A stretch of DNA of 64,000 bases from Nemertoderma westbladi (lineage: Eukaryota; Animalia; Xenacoelomorpha). Of the stretch, positions 24,301 to 35,280 are shown piece by piece. The translations under genes were made by a program, and so were the position numbers. Location: NCBI GenBank assembly GCA_032718475.1, contig JAUCBJ010006459.1, positions 1 to 64,000 of the forward strand, in the 5' to 3' direction. Position 1 is the first letter of the stretch. Each line of letters starts with the position of its first letter. Below the pieces are notes generated by a model. It did no database searches. It worked only from the letters and a program-made list of their open reading frames with translations, and was not told where the DNA came from.

Positions 24301-27300
24301 CCAGCGAGAAGAGCGGGGAGGATTCTTAAAATTAGAAGATGTGTACCTTTTAATATCCAAGGAGGCAGTAGTAGAAACTAGATCTAACTACACCGACCAG
24401 CACATCGTGGCAGAAGGAATCACACTGCCATCCTCCAACCGACAAAAACCCCAGACAACATCCACTAAGACGGCCACTTACACCACACCGACGGAATCAC
24501 GACAATTCTCGGACGGAGGTAGGGTATCTGCGCCCATTGGGACAAAACAAACGAGACAGCAACTTGGTACCGACTTCAGTGGCTGCCAATACTGCGAGCA
24601 TCTAGGTAAGCGGTATATCGGTCACAAGTTACGAGGTTGTCGACAATTTCGCGAGTTGAACTCGGAAGAACGACGGCTGCAAATACGGCCACTGGACTCT
24701 TGTTGGCAGTGTACGCGACACGGACACGTCCGTAAAGATTGCCCAAATACCGACACTTGTCCATCCTGTGGACGCAACCACGACGGTCTGCTCCACACAG
24801 ACAGCCACACGCCGACAAAACGCTTCGCCAGGGAACACCCGGAAGCAGCAGCGAGATGTGATGCGGCCTATAGAAAACGAGAATCGAAAACGACTCCAAC
24901 CTTCGTGACCCATATTGAGGATTGCTTCTCAGAACAATCCGGATCGTCGGACGAAGAATCAGAAGACGACGAATATTCCAATGGAGACGAACAACCGTCG
25001 ATCGCGCTTCTGACCACTGACCAACTGAAGGGATTCAGTGTAATCCCGATTAAGATCACTGGCACAAAGGGGAGTAAGAGGATCTACGCGATTCTAGATT
25101 CAGCCTCATCTCATAGCTACGTGGATGAAAAGATAGCTGACGTAGTGACGGATCTTAAACAAGGTAAGCATGTCAGTTATACAGTAAGTAGTATGCACGG
25201 ACAGCGTGCAATACCAGTAACACGAGTTAAGTTGGACTTAGACACTCTTCTTCCGAAATCGCAACACAGCGAGAGGGAGAGGTCTTTGTTGCCCTTTAAA
25301 GATCTAACCTTTGCGGCCACGAAGGACTTTAGTAACCTACTAGGTCCAGTGCCGGAACAATCTCTAGAGGACCGTAAGTATTTCAGACACCTTGGTGTAC
25401 CTGAATGTCCTGTCAATTATAGATCGGTAGCAATGCTGATCGGGACAGACCAATTCAACCTACATCAGGTGTGGGAAACCAGACCATCGGCAGTTGTAGC
25501 GGGAAACGCATACGCCTGCAGAACGCCGATAGGGTGGTATACTCGAGCGCCTGTGCGCACACTAGACGTAAGTGACGAGGAAGACGATGTACAGAGTACA
25601 TGTAGTTTATTAACTACAAATTCAATTCATTCCTTCTCACACGACGTGAACCATACTACACTACAGTCGACAAAACATAACAGACGTGTAACTAGTATGA
25701 TAAGTCACAAGGAGCAGCTAATTCACCAGGTGAGTTTAGAACTTGGGGAGAAGACGAGTCAGCTAGAGATTCCATCGACGACAGATGATAGGCTTGCGAG
25801 TCTACCTACCCCAATAACCTCAACAGTGCCCGTCGAGATCGATGATGACGCGTTGAGAAATCATCAGTTGGAACAAGCTGTACTAGACAAGGAATTAACG
25901 GAGAAGACTATCAGGTGGTTAGAACAAGATACAGCTGAACCTGGTAGCTACGAACCTTGTATGTCGGAACAGGAGAAACAATCTCTGAAGATCATGGAAG
26001 ATACTATCCACCAGACGAAAGACGGACATTATGAGGTAGGGATGTTATGGTGTAGCCAAAGTCCTAAACTCATAAACAACTATCCACTGGCTTTAAGACG
26101 TCTACACTCAATACGGCAACGTCTATTAAAGGACGAGAAGGCCCATCTGCAGTACAACACTCAGATGGAGACGTATTTGACTAAGGGATACGCTATCCGA
26201 ATGACTAACCCAGAGATAGAGACTGACCAGACATACTACCTGCCACATCACTATGTGAGACATCCCGACAAACCAGATAAAGTACGCGTAGTCAACGACT
26301 GTGCGGCTCTGTTTGAGGGAATGTCCCTCAATAGTGAGTTGATGGATGGACCAAACATGAATAATTATCTTATGGGGGTGATTATGCGCTTCCGTCAGCG
26401 TCAAGTAGCTTTTACTTGTGACGTTGAAGCGATGTTTCACCAAGTGAGAGCGTTAGAGCGAGACAGAGACAGTTTGCGGTTCCTCTGGTACCCGGAAGGA
26501 GACTTAAGTCTACCACCGGCGACTTACCAAATGCAAGTTCGCGTTTTCGGTGCCAGAGACAGCCCAAATTGCACGATGTACGCCCTAAAGCAGGCCGCTA
26601 GGGATCAGAAACACCTGTATGACCCAGAGATAATTAGGATTGTGGAGCGTGACTTTTATGTAGATGACGGTTTACAGAGTTGCGACACAGTAGAACGTGC
26701 TACAACAGTAGCACATCAATTACGGGACTGCTTAGCGGGCGGAGGTTTTAACCTCACCAAATTCGCCTCAAACAGTGCCGAATTAGTAGACTCATTCGGG
26801 ACGACTGAGCGTGGAGGTGGTGACATAGACCTAGAGTTCGAACCACTACCGACGACTAAGGTGTTGGGGCTCTTTTGGGACCCAAACACAGACAACTTTC
26901 GAGTGAAAGTGAGACTGGACAGTCAAGAGAACACACTGACAAAGAGATCATGCTTGTCAAAGTTGAGCCGATTGTTCGATCCGTTAGGATTCATCAGTCC
27001 AGTGATACTGCAAGCCCGCATTTATATGCGCAGTATATGGAAGGATGGAATAACATGGGATGAGCCGATCTCATCAGACCAAGTGGACTTATGGAAGACC
27101 TGGGAGGCGGAATTATCTTCGCTAGAGGATTATTCCATACCCAGGGTTTACTTTCCATTACAAAGTACATTTCCTGACAACTTGGAACTACACTGTTTTT
27201 CTGACGCCAGCGACAACGGTTTTGGTGTGGCAGCGTACTTGCGCAGACAAGTAGAATCAGACGAGTTCGATGTTTCGCTCATTACTTCTAAGGCTAAGAC

Positions 27301-30033
27301 CATGCCTACTAAGTATATGACGACACCACGAGCCGAGCTACAAGCCGCAACCCTGTCAACCACCATCGTGAACCTCATACAGACAGAACTACAGTCGAGT
27401 TTACAGATATTTTATTGGACTGACGCGACGTTGGTTTTATTTTACATAAACAACGACACACTCGAATTCAAGACATTCGTTGCTAACCGTCGCGCGGAAA
27501 TTCTAGACCGTTCAATAAAAGGGGATTGGCGACATTGTCCCGGACCACAAAACCCAGCTGATATTGCGTCGCGAGGAATGATGCCTGAGGAATTCTGTAA
27601 ACCGGAGAACAAAGAATTTTGGCAACACGGACCCCAGTTCTTGCAGAAATCGACACAAGATTGGCCTCCGTTATACGACAACAAATCTAACACTATCCCA
27701 AAGGACGCCGAAATCAAGAAACCAAAAAAGGGGAAGACAAAGAAAAGGACGACGGCGGCAAAACTCAAGAAAAAACCGAAGGCGAAATGGAAAGATATAA
27801 CTTCAAAGGTCAAGAGAGGAAGACTTGCGAGCCTTTCTACACCAGACATATCGCCAGACGGTCAACCAGACGCGTTACTAGACGGTCAACCAGACATTCT
27901 ACCAGACACTAGTGACATACTGACAAACAGTAAAGCCGCAGTTTCCCTATTGGAGCGGCCTTCTATTGACAAACAACCAGATACGTTACCAGACGTATCG
28001 CCAGACACATTACTAGACAGTCGACTAGACATTTTGTCAGAAACATCACAAAATGTTCTACCGGACATTAGTAATTTATCGACTAACAGTAAAGCCGCAG
28101 TTTCCCTATTGGAGCGGCCTTGTATTGACAAACTACCAATTTTGACACACTTGAGCAACCATAAGCACGGTGAAACCTCATGTATTACAGATGTGGGTAG
28201 TACCTACGCTAATGTAAATACAGGTGTTACTTTGCGCTCAAGAGACATACCGAACTTGCAACCTATGGTGAAACCTGGGATTAATATCGGCAGAAAAATT
28301 AGTTTACCGAAACCCACTGATCCCATAGAGTTCAAACCACCATTAACGATCGACTTACAAAGTACCGACAATCAAGGTAAGAAGACAAAGAAGGACAAAT
28401 TACTTGTAGACCCGGACGGATCAACAGTCAACAAGGGAATACCTACCGGCGGACCCGTGGGCCCTTCTAGTAATTCAAAACCTTCCAAAATCTCAATTGA
28501 CTTACCTGATGACGTCACAAATACTCATGTCGACCGTATTGTAAACCTAACAGATTCTTGGACAAACGCTTGCCGAAAATTAGCGTGGATTGTACGTTTT
28601 GTACAATACGTTAAAGGCAAACGTGACTTTACACGTCGACTTACATTGACTGAGATTGACAGGTGTGAAATTAAATTAATTCGCCATTACCAACTGCGAT
28701 ATTTCGCGCGCGAATTCACATCTATAAATCAAGGTCAACCAATCAAGTCGTCACCAATACTGAGTTGGAGTCCGATTATTTATAATGGCTTAATTTGTCA
28801 TAAATCTCGGCTTCAAAACATTGACTTTAACACAAACTTTAGGTACCCAATAATAATACCGCAACACCACGAACTACAACGTGCAATGATACTGGACGCA
28901 CATCTACATCTGAAACACGCTGGAAGACACCACTGTCTTTCCTACTTACGTACTAGATTTGTATTAATTTGACCCAGTAAAGCATTAAGTTCAGTGACAC
29001 GTACGTGTATTATTTGTAAAAAGGTACATTCTAGAATAGGTACCCAAGAAATGAGTGAACTACCACAAGCACGACTTCAAGCATTCAAACCACCTTTTAC
29101 AGAGACGGGAATTGATTGCTTTGGTCCCATACATACGAAACGTGGACGTATACTAGTAAAACGCTGGGGACTGATTTTCACATGTATGTCCAGTAGGGCA
29201 GTTCACATTGAACGTGTGATGGATCTTTCCACCAACGCGTTTATACTAGCACTGCGGCGATTTATTGCTAGACGCGGACTAGTAAAATGCTTGTACTCAG
29301 ACCAAGGGACAAACTTCGTTGGTGCTCGGAATGAGATTGCTAGAGCCTTTAAGAAATTAGATCATGATCAAATCTCGAACGAACTGCAACCTCACAAGAT
29401 TGTTTGGAAGTTCAATCCTCCAGATAGTCCTTGGAGAGGCGGAGTCTGGGAGAGATTAATTAGATCTATAAAGACAGCCATGGCAAAGGTCATTCCAGTA
29501 AACCACATATTAACAGACGACCAACTGACAACATTGTTGAAATCGAGGCAATACTAAATACTAGACCAATAGTATTAGTACCCGATGACAAACAATCTCA
29601 ATTTGCTTTAACACCAGCACACCTGCTAATGCAGGCACCGACTACTTTGACGCCGATTTCTATTCCAATAGAAAGCGACAGCTACGGTAGAAAAGCGTGG
29701 AAAATCACGCAACTACTAGCTAACAAATTCTGGGAAATATGGCAAAACCATTATTTGCCCTCTATTTCTGCCAGAACAACTTGGTACAATAACACCCGCG
29801 CATTAAAGCCGGGAGATCACGTGCTGTTGGCAGAAGTGAATCTAAAAAGACGCTTCTGGATAACAGGTGTAATTTTAGCCACACATCCATCTATGGATGG
29901 AGTGACAAGAACTGTGACGGTACGGACAATTGACGGTCGTACAGTAGACAGACCGACTCAACGTCTCGTACTTCTTGAAGAGACTCGTAACGAGTCTGGA
30001 GACTACAAATCTCCACCTAATACTAGTAAATAA
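21341..30033 (+). pseudogene. A gag-pol polyprotein (Gag, PR, RT, RNase H, IN); nonsense at 28970 and 4-bp deletion near 29535, both in the integrase region
   Basis: A 2543-aa ORF plus two downstream pieces. Motifs: ILDSAS, FYVDDG, FSDAS...RAEL...WTD...NPAD, H..HAG..CIIC, DCFGP, SDQGTNF, GGVWERLI and a GPY/F-like tail. The lesions are defined by comparison with A'. Confidence 0.95.
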
Positions 30034-30700
30034 TTAGGAGTTTACAAATAGATTTCCACGTACCTGTACACTGTAGTAAGGACAGCGGTGGGATTCCATT
30101 GTCTTTATATGTGAACATTGAGGGTAGTACCCTTATGTGTCACATAGGAGCGGGATTTGTAGGTATAAGAAATGTAATTCTACTTGGAACTCACAATATT
30201 GAGACATTTTTGAAATTTTAGACAATCCATTTGGATTTGAAAATTTTTAAAAATTTTCTCCAGTGAATAGATTTCAGGGTACAGTCGGGTGGAACTTAAA
30301 ATTAGAGAAACAAGAGAGGAAGACTTGCGAGCCTTTCTTAAAAAAAAAATTTTTTAATTAAATTTTACACGGTCTTGTTTCAATAAGTTACGTCGAAATA
30401 GACTCCCCTATATTTATTACTAATTCTTGATTGCTTATTTTCTGATAATAGTTTGGGATCAAAAGGTGAGTATTTTAGACTCACAGCCAGTTTAGCCCAA
30501 ATTCGTTTTTATTTCGGCAAAAAATTTTAGATAAGAAGCAGCGTGTCATTAAAGAAACCTTAGATCTTAGGCTATGGGTAGGAGGTTAGAGCGTTGTCGA
30601 AGCCCAAAGGGCAGACGAAACTCTCACGTCTCCTCACAACTAACTACAAACTCTGTTGTATTCCCTCTAGTAGTAATGATTATGTAACTACACCCTAATT

Positions 30701-33700
30701 ATGGAGAAAGGGATACAAGGAGAGCCGAGATGGGGATATGATATCCAAGAGGAGGCAGCAGCGCCATTCGAAAGATTTGGAGCCAAGGATTATACTATAT
30801 TTGGTATAAAAGAATTATCGGAAAGTACAGCGAAACTCGTGAGAACTAAATATGACTCGAACGTATTAAAGAGAAGGCAAAACGCATTAAACGAAAGAAT
30901 CGAAAGTTTGCGCCAAACCTTCAACGAACTTTACCCGTACGATGCTTTGTGTGATACGGGAGACATTAGCGAAGACCCCGATACTGAAATTAGTCGTTTG
31001 TATCATACCATGCAATACCTAAAGGCGCATGAACCTATGCCCGCGGTACGCGATGAATTCGATGGAATGCATCTTTACAGACGAACTCGAGGGGACGATA
31101 GAGAAACCAAGGAAGCATTTTCAGTTTATAAACTTTATTATCAATGCGGTTCTTGTATGCGCGAACAACGAAATGCGATTCCGATGCGTTTGAATAAGGA
31201 AAATCCCGAACCGATATTGGCGAGGTGTTCGAATCATCAACAACTACGCTACCAGGAAGGAGGGTATCCTTTATCGAATCCATATCATTCATTTGCTATG
31301 ACCGGACCAAAGGCGGGAGAAACTGTCATTTACCCACCTAAGGTTGTTGAACCCGATGTATTTGAACTTACGCTGGACGAGGCGAATCAGTCAACCCGCG
31401 AAAAGAAAGAAGCTCTTAGCCTATACAGAGCCTACAAGGCTTTCGAGAAAGGTGAGATGGAAGAATGGGGTGGAAGACTCGCGAGCCTACCTTGCCATTG
31501 GACGTCACACGATCAAACTTCAGCTAAGGAGATGACACCGGAAGTTTTCGAGAGCATAAACTTTGCTCAAAACGTTATTCAGAGACTACAGATTGCATCC
31601 CCGGAGAGGCCAAGAGAAATGCAACCGTATAGTACTTCAACTACGAAACCATTGAGTACGACACTCAATTTCCCTATTAGTATACCAGTCCGACAGGATA
31701 CGACGTACGAAATACCCATCGTGGATCATCCAGAAATCATTTCAAACTTGGAGTTTCTTCCTGCAGTTGTTTTCAGCGATATGAGTAAGATATATGATTT
31801 ACGTAGACATATTACTCAAAAGGTCGTGCACAACGTTCCACCTCATATTCAAGATTTCAAGGAACTGGATAGAGCTGGTGCCGACATAGCTCCAAGTAAT
31901 CTGAAAGGATATCTAACCAAGACGATTCGTTTATGGATTGGAACCGGAACCTTCGAGTCGGATACAGATATTGCCGCAGATTGGCGAGGTAAGGTTATTC
32001 GTTTCGATGAGGATAAGGATATAGAGAAGATTTGGCAACCTTCGGAAGAATTGTTGGATGAATGGACTAGGACGTTTAGATCGTTTCAGGAAAACGGTTA
32101 TATGTTTTACGATAACGAGGGCGGCAGTCATCAGCAGAGTTTGACTTCTAAGACTATACAAATTAGAGCGGCGGACGGAGTCCTGCACGTTTTCAGTAGA
32201 CAGAGGAGCGACAAACGAATGCCGATACCTCCAGCGAATACAAAGCGACACCATCTTATCACCGATATAGTAAAGAAGATGGACCAAGCCTGTAATATTG
32301 ACGCTAGAATGCTACCGAAGATGGTAAGAAACATGATTTTAGATAAAACTGTTGTAAAGGTTGGATCAGGAGTAAGGGAGGATTTAATTAGCGACTTCGC
32401 CGGCATGACGGACAGCGATGACCGACTACCGACACCATACGTCGACACTCGACCTCTTATTCTGTGGTCTATAGAACAGGGATATTTTCGTGAGTATAAT
32501 ACTCAGAAGACTGGAACTGGATACATTTCCTACCTGTTATTCAATTGGGATTATAAGGAAAATAAGAGAAACAAGTATATTGAAACTTATGGAGAAGGTG
32601 ATACTCCAGATATGAGTGAGTTTGAATCACAGCTTAAATGGAGAGGATGCATGTATTGGGCTATTACGTCACCTCCAAGAGCGGTCTTACAATATTATTT
32701 AGCGATAGAGTCGTCAGTGAATGTTTGCCTAATCGCCGACATTGTGTCTCGGACTCTCAAAAGACATCCACTTTGTCTCGGAGAAGATCATACGTTCTAC
32801 ATGGAAGGGAGAATTCGTACCGACGTGTTTAGACGATTCCTTGAACCCTTCTACAACTCCGACGCTCAGTGTAATGCCTTTACTCGAGCAGGATTTAGCA
32901 TATTTCGAGACGTGTATCTTCGCTGTGCGGGATCTCTTATCGAAAGACCATCTATGTTTACACTGTTACCCAATGAAGGAGAACGTATCGTGGAAATTAC
33001 GGATGAATCACGGCAGACGCGCGCGCCTATCGGTCACCTTGGTGATGAATTCGAAGTAACTACTACGATCGCCGACGATCCTTTAGAGGAACTTCTTGAG
33101 ATAGAAAGGAACCTCCCGAAGAAATCTCAGACGGAGATTCGACAACTTGAAGCAACAGATGCTATAGTTTGTATACAACCTTCAGAAACCTACCAACCCA
33201 TAGACCCAGATGATTACGATTATAGTGTGGGAGGAAGCGCTCGACCGATTGGAGATCTTATATATGAACGAGTGTGGTACCCTGCGAATACGATGTGTAG
33301 TAAATGTGGCGTCGCTGGACATCATATGGCAAAGTGCAGTGGAAAGCACATTACTACGACTCAGCTAATCTGTGGATGGTGTGGGGATCAAGGGTCTCAT
33401 ACCTTTTATACTTGCTGGAGATTTATGGCCCAATGTACTTATTGCAATATAAAGGGACATCGAGCATCTGAATGCCAACTAAGGGACATACCTTATGAAC
33501 ACGAATCTGTAAAACTCGTGAGGAAGTTATTTGATGAGTGGGAAGATTTAGCCGACGAACATGTATCAGCACAAAGAAGACGGTTTCCGTTGAGAGCGCA
33601 TCTCGGATTTTGGGCGGTAAATCCCCAGACGATGATGTCGGAAGGATATATCTCCGCTATGCCCCAATATGACGAACTTATCGAGGTTGTCGATATTTTG

Positions 33701-34426
33701 CCCCACGACAGCGGATTCCGAGTGGTGCGCGAGTATCTGTTACAAATTCACCCGGATAACAAAAACACGTGGAATTTTCAGAAAGTCGTTAATCGGATTA
33801 CGTATGGTGAATTCGATCGTTTCCGAACTGAAAAGCGGAACAAGGGAGCTTGGTTAACCGTCGCATGGGCGTACCGAGCCGCGTTTTACCACAAACGTAT
33901 ACGAGCGAGCGTATTCGAGGAAGAAGAGGTCCTAGAGGCGACAAATATACCAGCCACTCCGGTTGCGCCGTCTGCACGTCACCCTCGGGAGGACGGGCAG
34001 GGTAGGATCATACGGGTCCAAAAGGTGGGCCAACAATTAAAGAAAATTATTAATGTAGAAGAACGCAAAGGAGTTGAGCCGACTATTCGAGTTACTCGGG
34101 ATACGGTATCACTTCCAAGAGAACCAGTAGGAGGGTCGGGACATACACCAGCTGATCAACAGGGGGCGCAAGCTACTCTTGGGTCTGCGTCGTCCGCTTC
34201 TCGCGCGTTCCCAGACGTTCTACCAACTGTAGTGACGACTGATCGGTCACGAGGAATCGGTCGAGGTTTTGGGATGCTAAATAAACGAATTTGCGAGGAA
34301 ATAGTCGCACCGTCTCTCAACGTCCCAAGTAAACCAGTGACTCGCCCCACAAGTCCCATATCGCGAGCAAAGTCACCTGTGCGCAGTTTTCGAGGACGCG
34401 GCAGGGCTCGATCCACTAAGCGATAA
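30701..34426 (+). CDS. Accessory ORF2 of A (1241 aa): DEDDy 3'-5' exonuclease-like domain plus three CCHC zinc knuckles
   Basis: Intact ORF in the env position. FYDNEG (ExoI DxE), LPKMVRNMILDKTVVKVGSGVREDL (ExoII, WRN/EXD-like), YVDT and QYYLAIE (ExoIII-like). Knuckles: CSKCGVAGHHMAKC, CGWCGDQGSHTFYTC, CTYCNIKGHRASEC. Confidence 0.8.
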   Translation: MEKGIQGEPRWGYDIQEEAAAPFERFGAKDYTIFGIKELSESTAKLVRTKYDSNVLKRRQNALNERIESLRQTFNELYPYDALCDTGDISEDPDTEISRLYHTMQYLKAHEPMPAVRDEFDGMHLYRRTRGDDRETKEAFSVYKLYYQCGSCMREQRNAIPMRLNKENPEPILARCSNHQQLRYQEGGYPLSNPYHSFAMTGPKAGETVIYPPKVVEPDVFELTLDEANQSTREKKEALSLYRAYKAFEKGEMEEWGGRLASLPCHWTSHDQTSAKEMTPEVFESINFAQNVIQRLQIASPERPREMQPYSTSTTKPLSTTLNFPISIPVRQDTTYEIPIVDHPEIISNLEFLPAVVFSDMSKIYDLRRHITQKVVHNVPPHIQDFKELDRAGADIAPSNLKGYLTKTIRLWIGTGTFESDTDIAADWRGKVIRFDEDKDIEKIWQPSEELLDEWTRTFRSFQENGYMFYDNEGGSHQQSLTSKTIQIRAADGVLHVFSRQRSDKRMPIPPANTKRHHLITDIVKKMDQACNIDARMLPKMVRNMILDKTVVKVGSGVREDLISDFAGMTDSDDRLPTPYVDTRPLILWSIEQGYFREYNTQKTGTGYISYLLFNWDYKENKRNKYIETYGEGDTPDMSEFESQLKWRGCMYWAITSPPRAVLQYYLAIESSVNVCLIADIVSRTLKRHPLCLGEDHTFYMEGRIRTDVFRRFLEPFYNSDAQCNAFTRAGFSIFRDVYLRCAGSLIERPSMFTLLPNEGERIVEITDESRQTRAPIGHLGDEFEVTTTIADDPLEELLEIERNLPKKSQTEIRQLEATDAIVCIQPSETYQPIDPDDYDYSVGGSARPIGDLIYERVWYPANTMCSKCGVAGHHMAKCSGKHITTTQLICGWCGDQGSHTFYTCWRFMAQCTYCNIKGHRASECQLRDIPYEHESVKLVRKLFDEWEDLADEHVSAQRRRFPLRAHLGFWAVNPQTMMSEGYISAMPQYDELIEVVDILPHDSGFRVVREYLLQIHPDNKNTWNFQKVVNRITYGEFDRFRTEKRNKGAWLTVAWAYRAAFYHKRIRASVFEEEEVLEATNIPATPVAPSARHPREDGQGRIIRVQKVGQQLKKIINVEERKGVEPTIRVTRDTVSLPREPVGGSGHTPADQQGAQATLGSASSASRAFPDVLPTVVTTDRSRGIGRGFGMLNKRICEEIVAPSLNVPSKPVTRPTSPISRAKSPVRSFRGRGRARSTKR

Positions 34427-34499
34427 AAGGGAGGGCAAGGGTGGACGTAAGACTCGTGAGCATTTCTTATGATTTGTGATTTATTTTGAATTATATGTT

Positions 34500-35060
34500 T
34501 TATATTTAGAAAATTTAGTAAAACTTATATTTTATATTTGTGCTTATTCCGAACTTATGCAATTTGTATTGTTCCGAATTTATGAAATTTAGAAATAAGA
34601 ACTTATATTTTGTAAAACTTATATTTAGTAAAACTTATATTTTATATTTGTGATTATTCCGAACTTATGCAATTTATATTATTCCGAACTTATGCAATTT
34701 ATATTGTTCCGAATATTATGCAATTTATATTTTATGAGCAGTATTACAGTGAAACAGAAAGTAAGGGTAGATGGAAGACTCGTGGGCCTTTCTTATAGTT
34801 TCATTTGTAAAGTGTTATTTTGTATTTAGAAAGTTTTATAGTCAGAAATTTGTGCTTAGAAAGACTCATATTTGTAATTATTCCAAACTTATGCAATCTA
34901 CATTTAGGCACGAAAGTATTTGTAATTACTTGAATTTATGCAATATTTGAGATGCAATAGTAGATGGAAGACTCGCGAGCCTTTCTTATTGTTTTCATTT
35001 ATTTGTATTTGTAATTGTTTGAATTTATGCAATATTGAGATGCAATAGATTTATATTGGT
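34500..35060 (+). repeat. AT-rich degenerate repeats (TTCCGAACTTATGCAATTTATA) in the 3' UTR of A
   Basis: About 8 visible variants of GAAyTTATGCAAT; also present in A'. Confidence 0.8.
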
Positions 35061-35280
35061 GAATTTAATTTAGATTTATATTGTACTTACTTAGTAAAGC
35101 CTTAAATACGTAAAGTTTGAATTTGTAATTATTTTGTATCGAATCATTACGTAGAAAGGAAGTATTGTTTGAAATTTAATTGTAAATATGTAAGTACGCC
35201 CTAAGTATTCTATAGTTTAATTGATTATTGGTGAAAACCGTATATTTTATGCACGATAATATCCTGTTTTCATGGAGCGG

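Noticed and set aside
28960-29640. Programmed readthrough or frameshift in the integrase of A
   Set aside because: A' has AGA and the extra 4 bp at these sites and a continuous frame, so these are copy-specific mutations or sequencing errors.
21382-34416. Many 60-190 aa antisense or alternate-frame ORFs over gag-pol and ORF2
   Set aside because: These are shadow ORFs of long coding regions. Their conservation between A and A' reflects recent common ancestry.
30701-34426. Envelope glycoprotein
   Set aside because: No signal peptide or hydrophobic TM anchor is visible; exonuclease and knuckle motifs are present instead.
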